NCBI GenBank assembly: GCA_965217865.1
Contig: CBDCJO010000002.1
Coordinates: 1,632,001 to 1,696,000 of the forward strand
From: Candidatus Latescibacterota bacterium
Lineage (GTDB): Bacteria; Latescibacterota; UBA2968; SICM01
Direction of reading: 5' to 3'
DNA length: 64,000 bases
In this document: positions 39,916 to 52,672 of the stretch, in pieces
How the letters are laid out: the number at the start of each line of letters is the position of its first letter
Position numbering within the stretch: the stretch's first letter is position 1
The notes under the pieces: generated by a model
The model's input: the letters and a program-made list of their open reading frames with translations, nothing else
What the model was told of the DNA's origin: nothing
The model's database searches: none
Program-made: the position numbers and the translations under genes

Positions 39916-40803
39916 ATGGAAGATATCATTCAGAAGGCCGCCGCCCTTGTGGAGGCGTTTCCCTACATCCGATCGTTCCGGGACCGGATTGTCGTGGTCA
40001 AGTACGGCGGGAGCACGCTGGCCGAGGAGGGCGGGTCTACGACCGTACTGGCCGACCTGGTTTTCATGGAGACCGTGGGTATGAAGCCGGTGGTGGTCCA
40101 CGGCGGGGGGAAGGAGATCAGCCGGCGGATGAAAGAGGCCGGTGTCGAGGCACGCTTCGTGGACGGGCTTCGGGTCACGGATGAGGATACTATGAAGATC
40201 GTTGAGGACACCCTTTTCGGGGTCGTCAACCGGGGGATCGCAGAGGGCATCGTTACCCTCGGGGGAAATGCCAGGGGTATGTCGGCCAAAGATGCGGGGA
40301 TTATGAGGGTCAAAAAGCACCGGGCTTCTGTGTCGGAGGAGGATGGCACAAGACAGGCGGTGGACATCGGTTTCGTCGGGGATGTGGAATCGATCGACCG
40401 GGATCCGATCATCCGGATCTGTGATGAGGCAACCATCCCCGTAATCGCTCCGATCGGGCTCGGTGAAGACGGGATGGGTTATAATGTCAATGCGGATACG
40501 GTGGCCGGAGAGATCGCAAGCGCTCTGAACGCCGAGAAGCTTGTGTTTTTGACGAATGTGACCGGAATCCTGAAAGATGCGAAGGACGAGAGGACCCTTC
40601 TGTCCTCTCTGCACGTTAATGACGTGGAGGACATGATCGAAAACGGGGGTGTTCAAGGCGGGATGATCCCGAAGGTGCGGGCCTGTGTCCGGTCGGTAAA
40701 AGGCGGAGTCCGAAAGACACACATCATAGACGGGCGAATTCCACACGCGCTTCTGCTCGAGATCTTTACAAAGGAAGGGATCGGGACGGAGATCGTAGCG
40801 TAA
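39916..40803 (+). CDS. argB: Acetylglutamate kinase
   Basis: VKYGG, VHGGG, GLRVTD, NVNAD, GGMIPK. Confidence 0.96.
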   Translation: MEDIIQKAAALVEAFPYIRSFRDRIVVVKYGGSTLAEEGGSTTVLADLVFMETVGMKPVVVHGGGKEISRRMKEAGVEARFVDGLRVTDEDTMKIVEDTLFGVVNRGIAEGIVTLGGNARGMSAKDAGIMRVKKHRASVSEEDGTRQAVDIGFVGDVESIDRDPIIRICDEATIPVIAPIGLGEDGMGYNVNADTVAGEIASALNAEKLVFLTNVTGILKDAKDERTLLSSLHVNDVEDMIENGGVQGGMIPKVRACVRSVKGGVRKTHIIDGRIPHALLLEIFTKEGIGTEIVA

Positions 40804-41197
40804 GACCCTTCCGCCATCCCCACTGGAATATAGAATACAGAAGACAGGAGTCAGAAGAAGACCTAATTCAACTCAGTCGGCTGGGTGTTAGAGGTGAGAC
40901 GGCAATCGGGGGCCAGAGGTCGGAGGTCAGGGATCGGGTCGGAGGTCAGGGAAAAGCAGTAGCAGTGGCAGTAGCAGGAAAGGCGAAGGCCAGGGGTCGG
41001 AGGTCAGTCCGTCAAACGTCAAATCGTGAGACGTGAGAAGGAGGTTGGGGGGCAAGAGGAAATGGAAGATTGAATATCGAAGAGATCCTTATGCCCACAA
41101 AAAAGTCCTGAGGTTTTCAAATATTCAATATTCAATGAATTTAGAGTCTTACATTACAACTTCTACGCAAGATGCGTACATCTTTTTGGTCCGTCTA

Positions 41198-41280
41198 TGA
41201 GACAATTCAAACCAAAAATGTCATCCTGAGCCCCTTCGGCTCACTTCGTTCGCTCAGGATATACTCCGGCGAAGGATCTC
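41198..41280. repeat. Palindromic repeat, second copy of the 33087-33206 family
   Basis: TGAGACAATTCAAACCAAAAATGTCATCCTGAG...CTCAGGATATACTCCGGCGAAGGATCTC. Confidence 0.7.
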
Positions 41281-41594
41281 GGTTTTAGGATCATACATCT
41301 CCGCGAGATATGTAAATATTTTTGGTTGCGGCTGAGTGGAGCGAAGGCAGCGTTAGGTGAGGGGTGCCGAGCTTGTGAGGCGGGGTGAGGGAGCACGACG
41401 GGGTTCCAAGGAAGTGCAAAATGAATAATGCAGAGCGCAAAACAAAAGGTTTCGGCCAAAAGCAATGGGTTCAGGTACTGATGATACAGTTTGACTTCCG
41501 AAAAAATCCACTTAGGATCGAAAAAAGACATGGTTTACCATTCCATAGAATGGTGAATTGGAAGCGGTGAATCGGAAACCTATGGAGGGAGCTT

Positions 41595-42812
41595 GTGAAA
41601 ACCGAAGAGATCATAGCGCTTGAGAACCAGTACATTCTTCAGACTTATGCACGTCCCCCGTTTGTGCTCGAGCGGGGCAGCGGGGTTTATCTTTACGACA
41701 TGGAAGGAAATCGCTATCTCGATTTCGTCAGCGGTCTCTCCGTCAACGCCCTGGGGTACGGGGATCCCGAGATTCTCAAGGTGATCAACCAACAGGCGGA
41801 AATGCTGATCCATGTTTCCAACCTCTACCACACCCTACCTGCCCCACAGCTTGCCCAGACGCTCGTTGAGAGCTCTTTCGCAGACCGGGTATTTTTCTGC
41901 AACAGCGGGACAGAGGCCTGGGAGGCGACCCTCAAGTTTTGCCGAAAGTGGGGGTATGAGAAGTTTTCGTCCAAGCCGAAATACAAATTCATCGCATTCC
42001 ACAATTCCTTCCACGGTCGGACCATGGCGTCGATCACGACGACCGGGCAGCCGAGGTACCATAAAGGATTCGAGCCGCTTCTTCCGGGCGTGGACTTCGC
42101 AACCCTGAACGATCTGGATTCGGTGAAATCATTGGTCACGGAAGAGACCTGCGCCATTCTCGTGGAGCCGCTGCAAGCGGAGGGTGGCATACATGCGTGC
42201 GACCAGGCTTTTCTGTCCGGCCTGCGAGAGTTGTGCGATGAGAAGGAGATTCTCCTGGTATTCGATGAGATTCAGAGCGGGCTGGGTCGTACAGGGACTC
42301 TGTTCTGTTATCAGCAGTATGAGGTAGAGCCGGATTTGATGACCCTGGCAAAGCCTCTGGCGGGAAGCCTTCCAATCGGGGTTTCTCTCCTCCGCCAGGA
42401 GGTTGCCGATTGCATCAAACCCGGTGACCACGCAGCCACCTTCGGGGCCAACGCGGTCACGTGCGCGGTTGCGATCAATGTGTTCAACCGTCTGGCCGAT
42501 CCGGCGTTCCTCGAGGTTGTCCGTGCGCGAAGCGAACGCCTTTTCGCGGGGCTACGGAGAGTTCAGGAGAAACATCCGGATAAGATCAAGGAGATCAGGG
42601 GACGGGGACTGATCGCAGGTGCGGTCACGACCCTGGCCGCGGGGGACATCCTGAAGGAGTTTCAGAAGCAAGATATCCTGGTCTGTACGGCCGGACCGGA
42701 TGTCGTGCGGTTTCTGCCTCCTCTGATCATCGAGGATGCGCACATCGACCACGCGGTGGATGTGCTTGACGCTGTATTGGCAGCGGGGATACCAGAGGAA
42801 AATGGAAAATGA
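41595..42812 (+). CDS. argD: Acetylornithine aminotransferase
   Basis: FCNSGTEA, SFHGRT, EPLQAEGG, DEIQSG, TLAK; arg operon context. Confidence 0.93.
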   Translation: MKTEEIIALENQYILQTYARPPFVLERGSGVYLYDMEGNRYLDFVSGLSVNALGYGDPEILKVINQQAEMLIHVSNLYHTLPAPQLAQTLVESSFADRVFFCNSGTEAWEATLKFCRKWGYEKFSSKPKYKFIAFHNSFHGRTMASITTTGQPRYHKGFEPLLPGVDFATLNDLDSVKSLVTEETCAILVEPLQAEGGIHACDQAFLSGLRELCDEKEILLVFDEIQSGLGRTGTLFCYQQYEVEPDLMTLAKPLAGSLPIGVSLLRQEVADCIKPGDHAATFGANAVTCAVAINVFNRLADPAFLEVVRARSERLFAGLRRVQEKHPDKIKEIRGRGLIAGAVTTLAAGDILKEFQKQDILVCTAGPDVVRFLPPLIIEDAHIDHAVDVLDAVLAAGIPEENGK

Positions 42813-43048
42813 CAGGCCCTACTGCCCATCCCCACCGGAATACAGAATACAGAAGTCAGAAGAAGACTTAAATTCAACTCAGTCGTCAGCCGTAAGCCAG
42901 CAGAAGGCAGTAGCAGGTGGCAGTGGCAGGAAAAAGCAAAGGCAGGAGTCGGAGGTCAGGGAAATTGAAGATCGAATATTGAAGAAGCGATCCACGGTTT
43001 TCCGATCCCCGATCCCCGAATCACGAATCACGGACTACTGGAGATGCT

Positions 43049-44350
43049 TTGACGGTTAGTGACTTAAAAGGAAGGACCGTGGCGATGGCCGTGTCCGGAG
43101 GTCTGGACAGCTGTACGGTCACGCGGTGGATGACTGATCACGGTGTCCGGGTGGCCTGTTTTACCGCGGACCTGGGACAGCCTGACGAGGACAATGTCCA
43201 GGACATTCGGGACAAGATGCTCGCCTGCGGCGCGGCCGAAGCGGTGATCGTGGATGCGAAAGATATGATCACTGCGGCGGGACTGGAGGTGGTGCGGGCA
43301 CAGGCGCGTTATGAAGGAGGATACTGGAACACCACGGGGATTGCCCGGTATGTCACGGTTGAGGCGATCCTCCCTGAACTTCGGACGCGGGGGATCCAGG
43401 TGGTCGGACACGGGTCCACCGGCCGGGGAAATGATCAGGTTCGATTTCAGATCGCCCCCAACATGCTTGCTCCGGAGATTGAAGTCTATGCGCCCTGGAG
43501 GGATCCTGAATTTCTGTCGGCTTTCGGGGGACGGAAGGAGATGATCGATTTTTGCACCCGCAAGGGCCTTCCGGTTGCCGCAACCCACGATAAGCCGTAT
43601 TCAACGGACGCCAACCTGCTCGGCCTCACCCACGAGGCCGGGATGCTCGAATCCCTTGGGACGCCGGCTCTGCTGATCACACCCGGGATGGGTGTCCATC
43701 CGCAAGAAGCCCCGGACGAAAATGAATCGTTCAGCGTTCGCTTTGAGGGGGGTGTCCCGACTTCGGTGAATGGGAAGGGGGTCTCCGTGCTGGAGGCCTT
43801 TCACGCGGCGAATGAGGCGGGCGGCCGGAACGGGGTCGGCATCGGTCTTCATACGGTCGAAAACCGGTTTGTCGGGATCAAGTCCCGTGGGGTCTACGAG
43901 GCACCCGGCATGGAACTCCTGGGTTGTTGTTATGAGTACCTTCTCCAACTGATTCTGGACCGTCGAGCCCGGAGGGTGTTCAACGATGCTTCCGCCACCC
44001 TGGCCGAACAGATCTATCAGGGATTCTGGTTCGACCCCGCATCGAGTGCGGCGCGAGCGGTGGCCGGGGGGTTCGCAAAGTTTGCCACGGGAACGATTTC
44101 GGTCGTCCTATACAAGGGCAATGTATCGTTCGAGTCCGCGCAGGATGTCCCCCATTCCCTCTATTCCGAAAGCACCGCGTCTATGGAGAAGATCGGCGAA
44201 TTCGACCATACCGATTCCGAAGGCTTCATCAGGGTACTGGGGGTGAGTGCGAAGGCGCTTAATGCCGCCGGGCAAATAGGGAAAATGAAAAGTGCAAAAC
44301 GCAAAATCAGGGGCCAGGGGTCGGAGGTCGGGGGAAGTCAAAACCGGTAG
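43049..44350 (+). CDS. argG: Argininosuccinate synthase
   Basis: SGGLDS, GSTGRGNDQVRF, YSTDANL, ENRFVGIKSRGVYEAPG. Confidence 0.95.
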   Translation: MTVSDLKGRTVAMAVSGGLDSCTVTRWMTDHGVRVACFTADLGQPDEDNVQDIRDKMLACGAAEAVIVDAKDMITAAGLEVVRAQARYEGGYWNTTGIARYVTVEAILPELRTRGIQVVGHGSTGRGNDQVRFQIAPNMLAPEIEVYAPWRDPEFLSAFGGRKEMIDFCTRKGLPVAATHDKPYSTDANLLGLTHEAGMLESLGTPALLITPGMGVHPQEAPDENESFSVRFEGGVPTSVNGKGVSVLEAFHAANEAGGRNGVGIGLHTVENRFVGIKSRGVYEAPGMELLGCCYEYLLQLILDRRARRVFNDASATLAEQIYQGFWFDPASSAARAVAGGFAKFATGTISVVLYKGNVSFESAQDVPHSLYSESTASMEKIGEFDHTDSEGFIRVLGVSAKALNAAGQIGKMKSAKRKIRGQGSEVGGSQNR

Positions 44351-44429
44351 TCAGGGGGCCAGGGAATGGCAGTAGCAGTGGCAGGGTAAGCAGGAGAGGA
44401 AAGTGCAAGGTGCAAATGGACTATAGACG

Positions 44430-45679
44430 ATGGACTTAACGGTAAAGCAAGTGGAGCGAATTCCGGTGGATGTCCCCTTTCGGGAGGTCCCGGCGCGGAA
44501 TATGATCCGGGAGCTTCCCCACTGGACGCTGTTTGAGATTTGTAAGGTGACGCTGGCCTGCGGTGTCACGGGTTTCGGCGAGACGATGGAGTATTACACC
44601 TGGGGTCAGGTGACCGATGAGGCTGTCGGGAAGGTCACGGGGAAGAATGCAGCCGAGATGATGTGGGAAGACTCCCTCGGCGCGGGTCTTCAGATGGCCC
44701 TGTTCGACGCGGTGGGGAAGGCGAACGACGTTCCGTGCTACCGTCTGATGGGGCCAAAACACCGGGACCGGCCGTTCATCAGCTGGTGGGACATCGATAT
44801 GCCCTGGGAAGACTGGGTTACCGAGTGCCGGGAGGCGAATTCGCTGGGTTATACGAACTTTAAGACCAAAGCCCGTCCCTGGTGGGACCTTGACGAGCAG
44901 TGCAGCCGGCTCTGTTCGACGCTTCCCTCGTGGTTCGATCTGGACCTGGACTTTAACGGGATGCTTTTGGATACGGCACACGGGACCCGGGTGTTGACGG
45001 AGATCGAGCAGTATTCCAACGTTAAGATTTTCGAGTCTCCTATTCCGCAATCGGATGTTGCGGGGAACAAATTCCTCCGGTCACAGACCAGGTGCCGATC
45101 GCTATGCATTTCGGCTCTCCGCCTGTTATGACCGCATTGAAGGAGGATGTGTGCGACGGATTTGTTATCGGGGGCGGGGCCACGGCCGTGATGTCACAGG
45201 GTCGTGTGGCAGCGGCCGCGGACAAGCCGTTTTTCCTTCAGCTTGTCGGGACAGGGATCACCTTCGCCCTCCATCTCGGTGCGGTCCTGTCTCACGCGCG
45301 GTGGCCTTCGGTAAACTGTCATCAGCTCTTCACACATCATATGATCCAGCCGAAGATCTCTGTGAAGAACGGAAGTTCGGCCGTTCCGGAAGGTCCGGGC
45401 CTGGGCGTGGAACTGGACGGGGATGCCCTGGAAAAGTTCAGGCTGGATTCGATGCCGGAGAAGACCTACCCCACATCGAACCTCCTCCTGGCCGTTCGCT
45501 GGGGGTCAGGGGCCACTATCTATTATGGCCACGCAAACCAGTACAAGCAAGATTTTCAAGCAGGACGGCTCCCGATCTTCAGCAAAGGGGTCCGAGTCGA
45601 AAGGATGATGGATGATGGGAGCCGGGAATGGAGAGAGCTATACGAAAGGGCAAAAAAGGGAGGGGTACATACAAATTGA
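44430..45679 (+). pseudogene. Mandelate racemase/muconate lactonizing (enolase superfamily) enzyme, -1 frameshift near 45090
   Basis: GFGE, ALFD, KTK, DFN, FESP in the first ORF; PIAMH and PEGPGLGVELD in the second. ACCAGGTGCCG lacks one G of AGG-GTG. Confidence 0.82.
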
Positions 45680-45938
45680 GGATCGAAAGACCGTCAAACG
45701 TGAGACGTGAAACGGAAAAGATTCCCCCTCAACACCCCCTCACCGGAATACAGAATACAGAAGTCAGGAGAAATCAAGTCATTTAAATTGAATATTGAAG
45801 ATTTCCATGAAACACCTCACCAGAATACAGAAGACAGAATATCACCCCCCTCGCCCTGTCGATAATCCTTCCGTTATATATTGATTTTCCTTTCTTGTAA
45901 ATTCTTACCGTTCTCTTCAGATTTCCCCTTTTTTACCC

Positions 45939-45967
45939 TTGCATGAAATGGGCATCTTTTATATATT
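45939..45967 (+). promoter_or_regulatory. Sigma70-type promoter of groESL
   Basis: TTGCAT-17 bp-TATATT just upstream of CIRCE. Confidence 0.6.
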
Positions 45968-45973
45968 TGTCTG

Positions 45974-46000
45974 TTAGCACTCTCCGCACGAGAGTGCTAA
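45974..46000 (+). promoter_or_regulatory. CIRCE element (HrcA operator)
   Basis: Perfect TTAGCACTC-N9-GAGTGCTAA. Confidence 0.97.
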
Positions 46001-46079
46001 CAACATACGCCAACTCGAATATTATTAGTGGATTAGTGTTCAAAAACCCTCGGTCGGTTATTCAAAAAGGAGGAGTGTG

Positions 46080-48069
<1,990 letters not shown>

Positions 48070-48106
48070 AACGATTATGGGACGGTGTTAGCCGTCTTTC
48101 TAGAAG

Positions 48107-48142
48107 AAAAGCCCGATCTCTCGATGAGGTCGGGCTTTTTTT
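48107..48142 (+). terminator. Rho-independent terminator after groEL
   Basis: AAAAGCCCGATCTC...GAGGTCGGGCTTTTTTT. Confidence 0.85.
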
Positions 48143-48450
48143 GTCGGGGGTCAGGGAAAAGAAAAAAAGTGAAACGTGAGACGGGAGACGGGAAAAAACA
48201 GTAGAAGTGGCAAGAAAAGCAAGGGGCCAGAGGTCGGAGGTCAGGGGTCGGGTAAGGCAAAGACAGCGGATTTAGGGAAGGGGGCATAGGGGTTAGGTCT
48301 GACAACGGATATCCCAGGAGATTGTCAGGACATTAACCCCTGGCTTTATGTGGCCAAAAGTTGTGGGACCGGTCTCCAGACCGGGAATTGGCTCAGTAGT
48401 GCCAGGATCAGTTAATTCGTGATTCGTCGTTCGTGACTCGGTGAACTATC

Positions 48451-48530
48451 GTAGGGGCGGACCTGTGTGTCCGCCCTAATCAGGAGGCCGCACATCCGAG
48501 GAAGGGCGCACAACTCAGGTGCGCCCCTAT
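48451..48530. repeat. REP doublet (GTAG family, REPIN-like)
   Basis: GTAGGGGCGGACCTGTGTGTCCGCCC ... GGGCGCACAACTCAGGTGCGCCCCTAT, in inverted arrangement. Confidence 0.75.
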
Positions 48531-48624
48531 CAGAAAATCGGGCAATGTCTGTTTGGGGATATTGAAGGCGGAATGCAGGTGAGATAACCAATCGCAGGTT
48601 TGATTAACCCTGATAACAAACCAT

Positions 48625-49368
48625 CTATCCAATATTCCGTCTCTCAAAAAATCTCCACACGCGCTCGAATACCTCCGGGGCATCGGGCTCCACGGTGAGG
48701 ATATGTTTTGAGTTTTCCGCGATGGTGAGTTCTTTTTGCTCGGCCGCGATTCGGGATAGGATTTTCCCTCCAGACTTCGGGTTGACGAGCCGGTCCTTTC
48801 CTCCCATGATGATCTGCGTCGGGACGACGACCTCCGAAAGTCTCCGGAAACCGATGCGCATCAACTTGCGAAGCTCGACGAGGGAGCGGGTGGGGCGGAC
48901 GGAGTAGCTGAAGATGCCGTGTTGTTCGTAGTAGTCCCGGGCGTTCTCTCCCTTGTGCAGTTCGGAGCGCAAGCAGGCGATGAGTGGGATGAGAAAGAAG
49001 AGTCTGTTCCGAACGAAAAAAGAGGGCGCAAGGAGGCTGATTCCGGCCACGTTTCCCGGATGATCAGCCGCCAGGATCCCGGCCAGCACCCCTCCCATGG
49101 AGACCCCCCCGATAAATACCTGATCGACCCTTCCCTGTAGTTCGATGAATCCTTCCTCTGCAGATCTAACCCAGTCCTGCCATCTGGTTCGCCTGAGGTC
49201 CTCGGGGTCTGTTCCGTGACCGGCCAATCGGACCCCCAAGACGGTAAACCCTCGTTGATTGAGGAATTCCCCCAGGGGACGCGTCTCGGTTGGGGATGCC
49301 GTGAATCCGTGGATGAGGAGAACGCCTCTACGGGTGCCGGGGAGGAAATAGGAATCTGCGTGGATCAT
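48625..49368 (-). CDS. Alpha/beta hydrolase (carboxylesterase)
   Basis: LIHGFT, LAGHGT, GVSMGG, catalytic D and H near the C-terminus. Confidence 0.92.
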   Translation of the reverse strand: MIHADSYFLPGTRRGVLLIHGFTASPTETRPLGEFLNQRGFTVLGVRLAGHGTDPEDLRRTRWQDWVRSAEEGFIELQGRVDQVFIGGVSMGGVLAGILAADHPGNVAGISLLAPSFFVRNRLFFLIPLIACLRSELHKGENARDYYEQHGIFSYSVRPTRSLVELRKLMRIGFRRLSEVVVPTQIIMGGKDRLVNPKSGGKILSRIAAEQKELTIAENSKHILTVEPDAPEVFERVWRFFERRNIG

Positions 49369-49442
49369 GGCTATGGAAATGGAAAATGTAAAGTGGAAAG
49401 GATCGGGTGTCAGGGGTCAGGGAAATGACGCATTTGGAAGTT

Positions 49443-50954
49443 TCAATTTTGAACTCGGCGGAGGGAGATGATGGACCAGGCCAGAGCGAATAGTGTCCCG
49501 GCCGCGCAAAGGACGACCAGGAGGTCGCCGTGTCGCGTGTAGAAGGTCAAGTCACGGCCGGGGACGATTTCGACGGTGATTGCTGCGGGTTCGAAAAGCT
49601 TGGTCGCTTCCAGGACCCGTCCCGAGGCATCGACCGCGCCGGAGATGCCGGTGTTGGCGGCCCTGATCAGGGGGCGGCCATTCTCCACCGCCCGGAAGAC
49701 CCCCATGGCGAAGTGCTGAAAGGGAGCGGCCGTGGTACCGAACCAGGCATCGTTCGTGACGTTTACGATGAAAGCGGCGCCGTTTTTTACGAAGTGTCGC
49801 GCAATTTCGGGGAAGATCGATTCGTAACAGATGAAGACACCGAAGGAAGCATTTCTACCCGGGAGATCCAGGATATCAGAGTGCTCACCTGGATTAAATC
49901 GGCCGCTTTCCCTCGTCAGGCCTTCCATGTAGCCGAAGATAAACTCCAGGGGGATATACTCACCGAATGGGACAAGGTGGACTTTGTCCTGATATCCGAC
50001 CACTTTCCCGGTTTTTGAGATAAGGAAGGCCCGGTTGTAGGTCTTCCCGTGGGTTCGTTCCAGGCTTCCGATCAACATGGGGACGTTCATCTCACGGGCC
50101 AACTCCATCGCCTGGTCATAGTGCGGTCGGTTTACGGCGTGATTGAGAAAGAAAGGGAAGGCGGTTTCCGGAAGGACGATAAAATCCAGATCTTTTCCGT
50201 CCAGTTGACGGATGAGGGTTGTGTATTTCTCCACGGTCATCTGGCGAACATCCTGGTGCCATTTCCGTCCTTGCGGGATGCTCCCTTGTGCGATTCCAAC
50301 CTTCAAGGCATGCTCCGGTGCTCCCGGGTTGAAGGTGATGCCATAACTTATTGAAATAATAAGGATAAGTGCCGGAGCGATCGTGCCGCGCCAGGATGCC
50401 TTTCCTGAGACCTGGAGGCTGACGATTGTTGCGTTCACCAGGACAATCAGGAAGCTGACGCCGTAGACGCCCCAGATTCGCGCGGTTGCCAGAATTGGGA
50501 GCATGCTGTGCTGGGTGTATCCTAGGAGCATCCAGGGAAATCCGGTAAGGAGGTGTGCCTGGAGCCATTCCAGCGTGACCCAGAGGGAGGCGCAGATCCA
50601 GGGGAAAAGGGGGAAGGCCGGGTTGAAACGAGCTGCCAGAACAAAAAAGGCCAGGATGTAAAGGCTCATGTAAAGGATCAGGAGGAGGGTTGTGAAGGCG
50701 CCGACTAACCAGGAGAGATGTCCATAATTGCTGAGGGTTTCTGCGAGCCAATAGACCTTCCCCGTGCAGGAGACCAGTCCCGCCATCCCCCCGATGCGGA
50801 AAGCCCTGTTGCTTCCTGGACCGTGAAGGAGGGCCAGGGCGGGAAGGAGGCAGATGAATGCCACGTAGCCCATGTCGGGTTTGGGCATGGCCAGGACGAT
50901 CAGGCCGCCGGATAAGGAACCTGCCAGCAATTGGATACGGGTTTGATTTAACAT
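49443..50954 (-). CDS. lnt: Apolipoprotein N-acyltransferase
   Basis: TGFPW..LGY, LPET, KVHLVPFGEY, ICYE, TNDAWFG, RAVE, NTGIS. Confidence 0.95.
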   Translation of the reverse strand: MLNQTRIQLLAGSLSGGLIVLAMPKPDMGYVAFICLLPALALLHGPGSNRAFRIGGMAGLVSCTGKVYWLAETLSNYGHLSWLVGAFTTLLLILYMSLYILAFFVLAARFNPAFPLFPWICASLWVTLEWLQAHLLTGFPWMLLGYTQHSMLPILATARIWGVYGVSFLIVLVNATIVSLQVSGKASWRGTIAPALILIISISYGITFNPGAPEHALKVGIAQGSIPQGRKWHQDVRQMTVEKYTTLIRQLDGKDLDFIVLPETAFPFFLNHAVNRPHYDQAMELAREMNVPMLIGSLERTHGKTYNRAFLISKTGKVVGYQDKVHLVPFGEYIPLEFIFGYMEGLTRESGRFNPGEHSDILDLPGRNASFGVFICYESIFPEIARHFVKNGAAFIVNVTNDAWFGTTAAPFQHFAMGVFRAVENGRPLIRAANTGISGAVDASGRVLEATKLFEPAAITVEIVPGRDLTFYTRHGDLLVVLCAAGTLFALAWSIISLRRVQN

Positions 50955-51190
50955 GGTTGGTTAAGGGGGAAATGGAAAGTGGAAAATGTAAAATGTAAAA
51001 TGAGAAAAGTCATTATTTTAGTTGAAAGCCGCTTATATGCTAAGATCCATTCTTTTTGAACCAGATTGTCAAGGGTGGTGTCCGCGGTGGGGTCAGGTCC
51101 AGGACAAAGGCATGCTGGGAATGACCCGTAGGGGGTGGGAGGGCTACGAACCACGATTCACGAGTCACGAACCACGGTTTTTTAAACAGA

Positions 51191-51220
51191 AACGCCACGG
51201 TAATCCCTGCCGTGGCGTTG
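51191..51220 (-). terminator. Hairpin downstream of the DEAD-box helicase gene
   Basis: AACGCCACGG/CCGTGGCGTT 10-bp stem, T-rich tail on minus strand. Confidence 0.6.
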
Positions 51221-51243
51221 AATTTTTGTTCTTTTTATTAACT

Positions 51244-52488
51244 TTACAAACGAATGCGGCGAGGGCTCTCCCGTTTTTTTCGTCCAAATGGTGTGGCCTT
51301 TCGCGTGGCTTTGGGCTTTTGAGTGGTGGTGGAACTCGCAGCCTGGGATTTGCTTCCTTTCAGGGGTTCGGTTGTATAATCGAAGCCTGGATGCATCGCC
51401 CAGATGAGGTTCCCGTCCAGGCGTTTCTCGATCGCCTTTATAAAATCTGCCTCCTCGGGGGACATCAGGATCAAGGCATCCCCTGTATTCTCAGCCCGTG
51501 CGGTACGCCCCACGCGATGGACGTAATCATCGGGATTTTGAGGGACATCGTAGTTGATGACGTGCGAGATATCATCGATGTCCAACCCCCTTGCGGCGAT
51601 GTTGGTGGCAACGAGAATTTTGGATATCCCCTGGCGAAATTCGTCCAAGGCTTTTTCCCGCTGGCCCTGGGTCCGATCTGCGTGGAGGCGCGTTACCCGC
51701 TGTCGCTTGCCTTGCAAGAGCTTGGCCAATTTCTCCACACCTCGTCGGGTCCTGGCAAAGATCAGGGCGGAATCGATCCGCTCCTTTTTGAGGAGGCTTA
51801 TGAGAAGCTTTCCCTTCAGGTGCCCCGGAACCGGGAAGACACGATGTGTAATGCCGTCGGCAGCCGAGGACGGGGGACCCGCCTCGACGGTAACCGGATC
51901 CCTGAGAATCTCTCGTGTAAGGGACCTGATTTCAGGAGGCATCGTTGCCGAAAACAACATGGTATGGCGCCTTCTGGGGAGCTTTCGAACAATTCGTCTA
52001 ATATCCGGAAGAAACCCCATGTCGAGCATCCTGTCCGCCTCATCGAGGACCAGGGTGGTCAAGGCGTTAAAGTTGACGTGTCCGCGTCCCATATGATCCA
52101 GAAGACGGCCCGGGGTCGCAACGATGATGTCGACACCCTTTCTCAGGCTCCTGGTCTGAGGCTCAATTTTTACGCCCCCGTATATCGTGGTCGACCGCAC
52201 ATCTGTGTGGCGACCGTAGGTTTTGATGCTCCCGCCGACCTGCAGAGCCAATTCACGTGTCGGAACCAGGATCAAAGCACGGATTAGGTGCTCCGGATTG
52301 ATCCGATGAAGAATTGGGAGCACGAAGGCCGCGGTTTTTCCAGTCCCGGTCTGGGCACATCCGATTATATCCCGTCCCTGGAGGACGATCGGGATGGCCT
52401 TTTGTTGGATTGGTGTGGGCACCTGGTATCCGGCATCCTCTATTCCCTTTAGGATCGTGGAAACCAGTCCGAATTTATCGAATGACAT
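51244..52488 (-). CDS. DEAD-box ATP-dependent RNA helicase (RhlE-like)
   Basis: AQTGTGKT, PTRELA, TPGR, DEAD, SAT, ARGLD, HRVGRTAR. Confidence 0.95.
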   Translation of the reverse strand: MSFDKFGLVSTILKGIEDAGYQVPTPIQQKAIPIVLQGRDIIGCAQTGTGKTAAFVLPILHRINPEHLIRALILVPTRELALQVGGSIKTYGRHTDVRSTTIYGGVKIEPQTRSLRKGVDIIVATPGRLLDHMGRGHVNFNALTTLVLDEADRMLDMGFLPDIRRIVRKLPRRRHTMLFSATMPPEIRSLTREILRDPVTVEAGPPSSAADGITHRVFPVPGHLKGKLLISLLKKERIDSALIFARTRRGVEKLAKLLQGKRQRVTRLHADRTQGQREKALDEFRQGISKILVATNIAARGLDIDDISHVINYDVPQNPDDYVHRVGRTARAENTGDALILMSPEEADFIKAIEKRLDGNLIWAMHPGFDYTTEPLKGSKSQAASSTTTQKPKATRKATPFGRKKRESPRRIRL

Positions 52489-52672
52489 TGTTGAATCTCT
52501 CCGAGCTATAAAAAAGCGGATGGGCCTCTTTTCGGGCCGATCCGCTTTTAAAAACGTGCACAATCTCTCCGTTTAGAGTCCTTTAACATACACTATAATA
52601 TAAACATAAGTTCCGTTATTGTCAACATAATTGTTGTTGACATCTCCACTTAAGGGAGGTAATTTGGTGATT

